Below, in pieces: positions 1 through 11,117 of a stretch of DNA of 64,000 bases. Every line of letters begins with the position of its first letter. The first letter of the stretch is position 1. Source of the DNA: Chrysomallon squamiferum (lineage: Eukaryota > Animalia > Mollusca); the NCBI GenBank assembly GCA_012295275.1, contig CM022670.1, positions 4,650,001 to 4,714,000 of the forward strand. Direction: 5' to 3'. Both the position numbers and the translations under genes were made by a program. The notes under the pieces are model-generated. The model did not search any database. It was not told where the DNA came from and was given only the letters and a program-made list of their open reading frames with translations.

Positions 1-50
1 GTGTGTGAATGTGAAGGGATAAAATACTAGTGTTTCTGTACAAATGAAAG

Positions 51-198
51 GTAAGATTCGGATACGAGTTTTTATGTATTGTTTATTTATCAATTATTAT
101 TCAAGGTAAAATTTGGTTATGAAATTAAGTCCTAGTTTTACAAGTATGAACTTGAATTATCGATTTTAAAATACGTTTTTTTTTTTTTTTGTTTACAG
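51..198 (+). other. 5'-UTR intron of protocadherin gene A
   Basis: Donor AAG|GTAAGA at 50/51. A poly-T tract followed by GTTTACAG| ends at 198, 27 nt before the ATG at 226. Gene B has an equivalent acceptor (TTTTATCTGTTTCAG|, 63972) just before its ATG. Confidence 0.65.
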
Positions 199-225
199 AA
201 AGCATGATCTGATCGTTAACAAAAT

Positions 226-2915
226 ATGGATTCCCACGTAATTAAGATGCCGTGCAGATGTTGTGTGTTCATCATTCTGTTAAGTGTTGTCCACGAGTCA
301 CTCAGCGCCGAGATGAAATATTCTTACAAAATACCAGAAGAAAGGGCTCCGCGTACTTACATAGGAAACATTCTGAACGACACGAACCTGAGGACAATGG
401 TCAGCGAAGAGGACCACGTTAATCTCAGATACAGTTTTCTCACGCAGGACGATCCTCGCATCGCTCTGTTTGAGCTGAACGAGATGACGGGAGAGCTGAG
501 GACGTCGTCGAGTCCAGACGAGGCGATGGACCGCGAGACGCTGTGTCCGTTCACCACGGACTGCTTCTTCTCTATCGAGGTGGCCATCAAGTCTACGATT
601 GACCAGTTTTTCAGAACCGTCCAGCTGGACATCGTACTGCAAGACATTAACGACAACAGACCCACGTTTCCTAAAAACAAAACCGTCCTGGAAATATCTG
701 AATCTGTTTCTGTCAACACACCTTTCCCCATCGTAGGCGCTCAAGACAGGGACGCGGGATTAAATAAACTTCAGAGATACAAGTTGCTACCCGAAACTGA
801 CACTTTTCAAATAGAGTACACCACCAAAGTTGATGGCACTTCTGAAGTGAATCTGATAGTGAAAAAAGAACTGGATTATGAAAAACACACCCACTATGAT
901 CTCAGACTCATAGCAGAAGACGGGGGTAACCCACCGCTGACTGGGGAGCTGAAGATTCGTATTCAAGTGGTGGATGTAAATGACAACAAACCGAAATTTT
1001 CTCCTGTTAACTACAACACGACAGTGGAGGAAAACGTGAAACGTGGAACGTCCATTCTCTCCGTCACAGCTACCGACGCTGACAGTGGTCGCAACGGGGA
1101 CATTGTTTTTAGACTCAGTCCGCACCAGTCACGGAAAAACCTGCAGTTGTTCTCCATTAACAGCACGACGGGGGTTCTGTCCGTGACAGGCGACCTCCAG
1201 AATGAAGAGGAAGAAAAATACGACATCATCGTGGAAGCCAGCGACAGAGGAGTGAAACAGTTCACTACGCAAACCGTGGTCACGGTGAAAGTTCTGGACA
1301 CGGTTAACAATCCACCGAGGATTAGAGTTAATTTATTGTCCAGCAGAAACGTTTCTCTCGTGTCCGAGTACGCCAACCTCGGGACGGTGGTAGCCCACAT
1401 AGCCGTCCACGACGCAGATCGTGGTCGAAACGGCATCGTCCGCTGTCAGCTGCTCACTCACAAGTATTTTGAGCTGCAAGGCTTTGACGTGAATGAATAC
1501 AAGGTTATTGTAGCAAGACTTCTAGATCGCGAACTGACGCCAGAACTTTCAGTGACTGTCACGTGTAAAGATGCTGCTGATCCTCCGCTAAGTGCCAATG
1601 CAAGTTTTAAAGTCCGAGTGATGGATGAAAATGACAATGCACCGTTTTTCTCTAAACCTTTCTACACTACCTCCATTTACGAAAACAATAAAATTGGTGA
1701 TACACTCTATAAGGTGACTGCAAATGACGCTGATGAAGGTAAAAATAAAAATATTACATATTCGTTGGTGTCCAATACAGGAAATAAATTCTTTATATTG
1801 CCCAGAGATGGAACAATTATTGCAAATCATGTGTTAGATTTTGAAACAACAAAAACGTGGAATTTAACGGTGAAGGCTACTGATGGGGGAAATCCACCAA
1901 GATCGACAACTGCATCTGTAATTATAAAGGTGAAGGACAAAAACGACCAGAGACCACAGTTTACTCGTCCAGTGTTTTTATTCAGCGTTTCGGAAACAGC
2001 GAAACCAAAACAAGTCATCGGACGAGTTTTTGCAACTGATACGGAATCTGGAAAAAACGGACAGGTCGTATTTTCTCAGAGAAAACGAAATCGGGCGACA
2101 ACTTTCCTTTCCTCTTGTTTGAAAATGGAACAATAGTTATTCAGAACTTCATCGACCACGAAAACCAGTCCTCATACGAATTTGAAGTTACTGCCACTGA
2201 CCTGGGCGAGCCTGCTCTCTCCAGTGAGGCTCGTGTGGTCATTTCAGTGGGAGACAAAAACGACAACCCACCTAAAATAATATTCCCCAACGTCACCCAC
2301 CATTCCATTACGGTGACGTTCAGTCACACCGTTGGCACAGTGGTAGCTGTGATACGAGCCTCAGACAGCGACAGCGGCGCTAACGCCAAACTGAGATACG
2401 TCATCAGTTCAAGAAACGACAGTGGAAGATTTCAGCTGAACGTGAATACCGGGGAACTCTTTACAACTCGAAATTTCGACCGAATGGACATCGGCGTTTA
2501 TAGATTAATGATCATGGTTCAGGACGAAGGCATTCCGCCATTAGCTTCTCATATCGTATTACAAGTTTTCATAACGCAAGGCAACGACTCTGCAGTAGCT
2601 GGCGTTCAAGGTTTTAGCGAACAGAACATTCTTATTACCGTTTCCATCATTTGTGCCACAGCAGTAATCTCCGCCATTATCGTTCTTGTCATTATTGCTG
2701 TGAAACGTGTCGACGGCAGACGCAACAAAGACCCAGCGCCGACGTACGTCGAGACGCCCAACGTCATCACCAACCTAGTGGACAAGGTGAAGGTCGACGC
2801 TGTTCGTTCTGTCCAGGGAGGTAATAATGGTGAAATGACTGGTGACGAGCAGTTTGGATTTTTACCGCAGACGAGAAAATCTGTTACTACATTTCAAACT
2901 ACAGACGAAATGAAG
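226..2915 (+). CDS. Pcdh: Protocadherin gene A (delta1-like, 7 EC repeats), large first coding exon: signal peptide, EC1-EC7, TM, juxtamembrane tail; net -1 frame break at about 2071-2100
   Basis: ORFs 226-2136 and 2115-3164 carry cadherin motifs (PEE, DRE, DxNDNxP, AxDxGxP, DxDxGxNG) and the protocadherin EC1 signature DRETLC-x5-C. TM is ILITVSIICATAVISAIIVLVIIAV. The exon ends at a phase-0 donor AAG|GTAAGA (2915/2916) and is colinear with the intact paralog at 61250-63955. Confidence 0.95.
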
Positions 2916-3587
2916 GTAAGAAATCTAACATTTCTACTGTTTGTTAAACTGATATCGTTTATTCTGTTATTACTACTGCTACTACTACTAATCGACTACG
3001 ATTATGACTACGACTACTACCACGATTTACTATTATTTCAACCACAACTACTGCTACTAATGCTACTAATTATACTGTTACTACTATTTCTATTGTCTTA
3101 TTCTATTAGTACACTACTACTAAAACTACATTACTTTTACCACTATCGCAATATAATAATGTAATAACAGCAAGCATAATAATAATAATAATAATAAAAT
3201 ATTGTAACAGCACATACAAAATCAAAAATAACAACAGTGGTAAAACAACAACAAACACAACAACAACAGTAATAAATTTGTAAATAAGATTTAATATGTT
3301 CTGGTTTTAGTAAAGTACACAGTTATGAACAGTCAGTGATCTTCTTCAGACAGCACATTTTTTACTATATAAATATGCCACAATGCAGAGTTTTTATTCC
3401 AACTTCAAACAATGACAATAAATCTGCATTAAATTTCAGACTCGTCATGAATGCAGTAATATTGAAAATAAAAACTGTCCTAAGTAAATATCATGTTTCG
3501 TCCATTTCACAACTGCAAAGAGAAATTCAATTTTCTCTGAAACTGAAACCGCCTTCATTTCTTTTCTTCCTTTTCTTTTCTATTCTT

Positions 3588-3635
<48 letters not shown>

Positions 3636-5439
3636 TATTTTAATTTTTCCTGAATACCATTTACAGTTATTATCCTTTCCTTTTTATTTTATATGAGCTC
3701 ACAATGCATTTATTCTCGCCGTGAGGTCTGGTTCCATTCGAGGAATACCTGCGTTTGTTTTCACTATCATTGCCAATTCGCAGCAAGCTATTATATTTAT
3801 ATTATGCACGTAGACTCGTGTTTTCGTGTTTGCACAGTATAACTAAACACGCCTCGTCAATTTGGCAGCAACTGTCGAGTCTGTACGCCCTGAAATATTT
3901 GACATTTATCTTGCAGTTAGTTAAAATTTAAAAAACAAATTAGAAAAAGTGATTTGAATAAGGGAGGATCCAACATTTCACGAGAAAAGCGTGGGCTTTT
4001 TTTTTTTTTTTTTTTATTGTCGTGGTAGACATTTTCAAGATAGAATTTTTTTAATTATAAAGAAATAACAGAAGGGCAAAACGAAAAAATAATAATTATA
4101 GGTGGGGTAGCTGAAATGATTTCCCTCACCCCTTTAATCTGTACCTTAACCCATAACGCTACCGTTATAATGACATGCAAATGATGTCAACATAAACCTG
4201 TCATGCACATGTCTTTCTGTTCCCAGACACCTATGTCTGTTTAACCTGTTCTTCGCTACGATTGTTTATGGTAATTCCCAGGCTAAGTCAAACAGACCGT
4301 GAAATTCAAGAGGCGAAACCCTGCACTGCAAATATTTGAACACAATGGTGGAGACTTTTAACGTTTAATTACAGAATATTTTAGCATTGTAATGGATCTA
4401 GAGTTTTTGAAGTTTAATTGCATTATATTTTAACAGTAATTATGTTAGTGATTTTCATGTTTGCAATATATTTTAACGATGTCCTCAGTCTAGACAAAAA
4501 CGTAGTAGATAAATGTATTCTAAATAATTTTGCAATGCATTAGTGACTAAGTTGTCTTGTTTGGTTGTTTTTAATTAAATAATATTCAGTATAAGAAGAA
4601 CTGTATATTAGTGGTAACAGTTATTTTATTTCTTAATAAATGTGCGTGTTTCATTAATAATAAAATATTAGAAAATAAAATGATCAGCAAAAAAGAAATA
4701 TTTTTTTTTTTTATTTTAAAAAAAAAAATCCTTTTACGGTTTCATTTAACGAATTTAGTCATTTCATTAATAATATGTTCATATATAATTGTGTATATAT
4801 ACGTATTTATATACGTATTTATCTCTATCTGTCTATCTATTCATCTATCTATTTGGCTATCTGTCTTTGTATCTAGCTATGTTTTGCCATCCAAGTTAAA
4901 GACTGCGAATGAAAGGTAATATTTATTTCCTTAAAGAAACAACTAATCAACATCTCCTTTATACAAAAAGCATTATTTACAACACTCTATCAACAGTTCA
5001 CTATTGATTTCCATTGTGTGATATTTACAATATTTATTACTGCAAAGTAAAATATTTCTTTTCCTAAACACACTTGAACTTGTAACATCAAGTGAACGCC
5101 AATAATACCGAGAAGATTTATTCATTATAATATAAAAGCAAACATCATTTACAACGCGATGGTCGATGTTTGCTAGGTAAACATCTTGTAGTGGCGGGTT
5201 CTTTTTTTTTTTTACTTTTATTCACAAGCTCTCGTCTAGCAGTTTCTTGTTTCAATGAGAGTTTCATATGAACAGCAGTAAGTCCTTTAAGACGTTAGTA
5301 GCTTCGTTTTCTCGTTTACTTAACCTCTTGCATTGTCCACCATCAGACATCTTCGCCTTTGTCCACAGGATCATCATGGTCAGATTTCTTGAACGTGAGG
5401 ACTCCTGTTCTAGCCGTGAGGTAGTTTAGAGGTAGCACA

Positions 5440-5620
5440 ACCCCAGCCTCAAGTGGATCACATAGTAAAAAAACATAATTTAAACAGACCCCACTGTTTT
5501 ATTCAAGTGGATCATACAGACAAATGTTTTCAACGTAACCCAATGTTTTACCCTCAAGTTGATGAACTTGGCAAAAGTTCTTTGATTTTATAAGCCAGTG
5601 CTTTCACCGCAAGAGGGTTT
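5440..5620. repeat. Degenerate tandem repeat, unit about 52-55 bp, 3-4 copies
   Basis: TCAAGTGGATCA at 5449 and 5503 and TCAAGTTGATGA at 5554, each preceded by an ACCC/CCCC block. Confidence 0.55.
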
Positions 5621-6792
5621 ATTGATGTTTCCCCTCCCCTCCTCGCCACTGCTTGTGTGCAAAAGATTAAGAAGTCGACCCTTTCAATATTTGCGGGTTC
5701 GGATGAGCAAAAAAAAAAAAAAATACTGTCTTCATTTACCCCGGCTAATCTGAATTCTTGTACTTACATTGATTGGCACTAACCTTAGAGTTCGGATTAA
5801 TGTACATTTTAGAAAATTCTTTTGGCGATGTTGTTGTTTTCTTGTAAGCAAGTTTAGCGTTATTTGTTGTACAAATGTGTGTGGAAACGAAACGAAACGC
5901 GAGAAATTTGTCAGTTGACCTCGAATAAGTTAACTTTTGACGATTTTATCCTTGACAAATTGATGGAATGATTTCGTAGTTTAGATGTTATAGGCAATAC
6001 GAATCAATGTTTACTTTTCATCACACCTGAACTTTTGGTTTTATTTATGAATTATTATACAAAGTAATTGTATTAAAAATATTATAGAAAGGATTTGGGA
6101 TCTACGTATAAAATTCAAATTCTCTACTTTATTATAATTTCTTCTTTTTTATATTTATTTAGTTCTTTATTTTTATTTTTATTTATTATTATTATTATTT
6201 TTTTTTATAGATATCATAAAAAGATCAAACTTGTTTTTTCCTATCTTCTTTCAAATTTTTCATAATAATTTGTATTCTGTTTTGATCATCGACGTAAATG
6301 ACGAATTAATTCGGAACACTTTTCTTTTTTCCTTCTCTGTTTATTTTTTCTGTTAATTTCTCCATCACACTCGTCTTCTTTTCTTCTTTTCTTTTACACG
6401 TTCAAATTACCACCTTTCTAATAAATCCAATAACACTTGCGAACATCCTCTTTATTTCACTTTCTAAACACGCTGACACCTCCAACATTTTCTCTCTCGT
6501 CCTATTTACACTTATTATCGGTTTACATACAGGCTGAGTGATACCCTTTTGAAATTTGTAAATGATCCTGTATTGTTTAGTTGTCAGAAACATAAGTCTA
6601 ACAAACTGCCTGCCCGAAGTGGGATTTTAAACAATTGTTCTGTTGATTTCTGAACGTGTCAATCGAATGCTGTACCTTTCACGTCGCAAAATTCAATCGC
6701 TAACAAAGATTATGTTTGTAATTAGCATCTTCAAGGCAAATCGACATTAATTGCGTTCAGAATATTTTTAATCTCTGATTACAACAGTTGTT

Positions 6793-6806
6793 CTGCCACC
6801 TGATGG
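6793..6806 (-). promoter_or_regulatory. CTCF-like binding site
   Basis: The minus strand reads CCATCAGGTGGCAG, a 13/14 match to the CTCF core CCASYAGRKGGCRS. Confidence 0.4.
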
Positions 6807-7440
6807 AACAATAGATGATGATCAGTTTGTCCCCCAGGTGATGGATTTTTACCTGGACATGTTAGTGTCATCTAATTAGCTTTTCTCGATTTATACAGGT
6901 GTTACATAATAGCACTGGCGTATGGTAATTAGAAAATTGAAATATTCAGTAGGTTGTCGGTATTTTATTATTTATTTCTTTTTAAATAACACACAGACAT
7001 ATAAACAAACACATACATAAATACATTTCAGACAAACATTCACATATATTTATGTTTTTGAAAAATGAAACTGGTAAAGCTAATATTATTTCGCTCTATA
7101 ATGACTCATCTGTGAGAAATCAGTTTTGTGAAAATGTATATTTGCATCATGTTTTTCTTCTTAAATTTTGTTGATTAACCTACGCTGATCTCTCTCCCCT
7201 GTATGCGCATGTGTTGAGCATATAATAAATCAGAATTATTTATTAACTTTTTTAAAACAGCTTTGAAAATTCATAAGCGCCTTTCCTTAACTATAGTGAC
7301 ACAATTTCTCATTTTCTAAGCCGTTATGGACATTTATACACACACAAACATCAATGTCAACATAGCCATAGGTTTTAACCCCACGTCCACCCTGCATCGT
7401 ATGCGCATGTCAGTTCTGTCGTATCACTTCCTCTTGTTCA

Positions 7441-7870
7441 TCAGTTTTAACATAAGGAAACTGACACGTCACGCGGTTCGGGGTCTCACCCCACCTTTTC
7501 ACGATTCTGCCGGGGTTGCCAGCATGACGTCGTCACTGGCTGCGATGTTGTGGGCTTCAGTTCACCTCCAGACAAAAGACATTGGGAGCGAATTCGAGTT
7601 TAAGCAGATATTGGAAGTAAAATTATCACCGCTTCGCCACGAAGCGTTCGAATTAGTGGGAACCCCGCCTTCGCGGGGAGTGTCCCAGTATAATTGAAGT
7701 GACAACCCCCGTTCAGGGTAGTTATTAATGTTATATAATTTTTATAGTGTGTCAAATTGGAATTCGCCTGCTTGACACCCGGTTGAGTGGGCAAAATGGG
7801 CGTCTTGTTTGTCCCTCGTATGAATCCGTCTTTGACGAAAAACATAGGTTTCCCGTGCACTTCAGAGGCT
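7441..7870 (+). ncRNA. Candidate structured intronic RNA element of unknown family
   Basis: At least seven consecutive hairpins, several completed by G:U pairs that form only on the + strand (see findings). No known RNA family recognised. Confidence 0.35.
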
Positions 7871-10260
7871 GGAAAAGAAAAAAAAAAAAATGTTTTAATG
7901 CAGTTCGTATATGTAGGGTTATTATTCTGTTGACTTGGACAAAAACGTGCTGGTGTTTTATTATTGTAAATATTGTGAACTTGATGTAAGGCTACAGTGT
8001 GTGAAAAGAAAAGAATGAGAAAAGAAAATAATAGTTTTACGGATGGAATAGTCGAGTTATATACATCTCTAATGTTAGGAGTGTTTTCCTTTCAGTATTT
8101 TCAAATTAAGTAGAAACGTGGTCTTGTTTACTTGTTTTTATTTTTTTATTTATTTCATTTTATTTTCTCTAATTTATATTACTTCCCAACCATTGTTCTA
8201 CGACTTATTATTTTTATTGAATATATTCCTGTTCTATTAGAAGTAAAATATTAAATAAATGTTTAAGAATACATTTTCTACTAGTGACAAAATAAATAAA
8301 TAAATAAAATGTAACAAGTTATTAATAACAACGAAGATATGATGATAATAATAAAAATAGTAATAATAATAATAATAAAAACAGTTATGATGATGATAAA
8401 GACGCCGATGATGATAAAAGTAATAAAATCCAATCTAAATCATCTATCTCTTCGAGCTGTAGGACTACACCTATCAACGCTTTATATCTATAAACACAGG
8501 TGAACAAACTCCAACTCTAGCAACAAGCTGATGCGCGCGTTGTCAGTGTCATAAAGCAGATCATAAAACACCGTTATATTTGTTTGTCATTTCACAAAGC
8601 AAACACAACAACACTTTCAAGCCATCGCAACAAACAAAAACGCAAATCCCCGTAAGTCAACGTTCGTGTGGCGATTTCGAGCGAATTAAAAGATGTTTGT
8701 TTCGCCTTGTTTGGAAGCGGCTTTCACACAACGCTGACTGCGGTTTCTCCTTTTCGCTTTCGCTTCAGTTTCTCGTCTTCTTATCACCAACATTAACTTG
8801 AAAGTGACACACACAACGTCATTAGGGCCTCGGCCGAATGACTGTTTGCCGCACACAAGATAAACACAGATTATAATGGAAGGCATCTTCCACGTAAAAC
8901 CGGGTTCAGAAAATGTGTGTTTGCGTCTGGTGAAAGCTTGTTACCTTTCTGTTTGACGCACCTGGAGGTTCACGCTAATCAATGTGGTGTAACGGGACCG
9001 TGTGTATGTTTGTCGTCCGGGGTGTTATTGAGGAAAACGCCGGACTTCAAAACGGAATGCATGCGTTGTCAATATTATTCTTTTCTTAACGGTTTGTCAG
9101 TTATCATAGACGAATACTGCTATTACTGGGCTGCTGATGATGAAGGATATCAAACACACACGCACACGCACGGACACACACACACACGCAAACACACACA
9201 CACACGCAAACACACACGCAAACACACACACAAACCAACATACATACATACATATATATACATATTCACACACACATACACACACACATACATATACACA
9301 CATAAATATACCCCACTCAAGAACATATTATATGCACCCAGACACATATAGCTACATACATATATATATATATATAAAAACACACACGAACGTGTTTGTC
9401 ATGAAATATAGTATCAAATGATTTGGTTGGAGGCGTGGAAGTGTTTGTTTTCTTTCAATTATTTTTTATTATTTTTTTGTTTCTTTGTGTATAATCTCTG
9501 ACCGTTACCAAACATACAAAATAAATAAAATTTAATGCATCATGCATAAATGGGTCATTTCCTCAGGCCTCGGCATATCTGATTATTTACCTATTGTTGG
9601 CTCGCCAGCTCTCGAACTGCACATAAAGACTTCATCGTGTATGTTATTATAGCACACAATAACCAGATATTGACGTGCGTCTTTCAGTCAGTAGTGTGTC
9701 TTTTAGAAATAAATATAAATGCTTCTTACAAATTTTTACTGTTTGTGCACGAATTCTAGTATCAGCTTCGGGGTGTATTGAAAAAAAAAAAAAAAAATTA
9801 CATTAATTTCATTTATGAAAAAAAATGAATAATGGTAAATATATAAAATAATGTGTTAATGATTAACCGATATTTTATTGAAATTGTGAATTTTGTTTAA
9901 TATATATATCCACCTGCTTGATACATTAAAATATTTTACCATATTTTTAATTTATTTATCAAAACTAATGGTAAAAACGTACCTGAATTAAGTAAAATAA
10001 TTGTGAAAAGTTGATTTTTTTACGCGAAAAATATTCTTTCATTTTAATCTTAAGTAATTATCATTATGTTTCCATTAAATATTTTATCTGACATTAATTC
10101 ATTTTTAATACATCTTTTCATTTAAGTCTCCAGCAATAATAATTTTATAATTATATGCGATTGTATTCCACAAATATTTAATTGTGTATTTTTTTTCTAC
10201 TTCTAACAATAATTATGAAATTTTACAAATGCACAAACTGATTTTTCTATCAAAAATATT

Positions 10261-10262
10261 AA

Positions 10263-10317
<55 letters not shown>
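10261..10317. repeat. (AAAT)n microsatellite
   Basis: Read directly from the sequence. Confidence 0.95.
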
Positions 10318-10318
<1 letters not shown>

Positions 10319-10900
10319 AAATTATAAATAAACTAACAAACAAACAAACAAACAAATAAATTAATTAATAAATAAAGTTAATTAGTAATTTTGTTTTCCA
10401 TAAATATTTAATTATTACGTTGTTTAAACAAAAAGAAAAAAGAATTAAAGTATTATCTATAATATTTATTTATTTTGATATTCATGTATTAATGTTTAAA
10501 ATGTATCTTCAGTGTAAATATTTTTTTTTATTTGGATCATTTCTTATTGTCTAATGAATTTTAAAATATTATTTTATTTGTAATAACATTTTTTTCTATA
10601 CGAATTTATTTACGAATTTAGTTGCTTTATAATGAGCTTTAACATTATTTTCTGTATAATGCATAACAATTATTATTATTATGTTTTCACTACTTTTAAT
10701 TAGATTCAGTTATTTTATAATTATCTTCGTTATATAATTATTCTGATATAAAACTGTAGTAATTATTATTATTATCTAAAACACAAATGCTTAATTGTGA
10801 TGTCAGTTACATTTATAACGAGCATAATTCATTTTTATTAAAAAAAAAATGTTTTAATAATTATAATATTAAGGTTATCATCATCATCATCGTCATCAAC

Positions 10901-10977
10901 ATTATTATTATCATTATTGTTATTGCTATTGTTATCATTATTATTATTATTGTTATTGCTATTGTTATTATTATTAA

Positions 10978-11036
<59 letters not shown>

Positions 11037-11043
11037 TATTATT
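10901..11043. repeat. (ATT)n microsatellite upstream of gene A exon 2
   Basis: Read directly from the sequence. Confidence 0.9.
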
Positions 11044-11117
11044 GTTGAAAAAACGACATTAAAGAATATAAAAAACATTTGTTTTTCTATTACATATTTC
11101 ACGTGTTTGACTTTCAG

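Noticed and set aside
1219-1512. Recent gene conversion between the paralogs in EC3-EC4
   Set aside because: Synonymous positions differ extensively despite high protein identity.
298-2018. Antisense ORFs over gene A exon 1, and likewise 61404-63788 over gene B
   Set aside because: Shadows of the cadherin coding strand with no independent protein features.
2916-3164. Leu/Tyr-rich C-terminal part of ORF 2115-3164, resembling extra TM helices
   Set aside because: It is read-through past the AAG|GTAAGA donor into (CTA)n-type low-complexity intron sequence.
7371-7390. TTTTAACCCCAC as a telomerase RNA template for the structured element
   Set aside because: It does not match the CTAACCCTAA permutation needed for TTAGGG, and no pseudoknot or H/ACA end was recognised.
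7326-7989. ORFs of 80-123 aa over the structured island
   Set aside because: No recognisable domain, overlapping on both strands, and no counterpart in the paralog.
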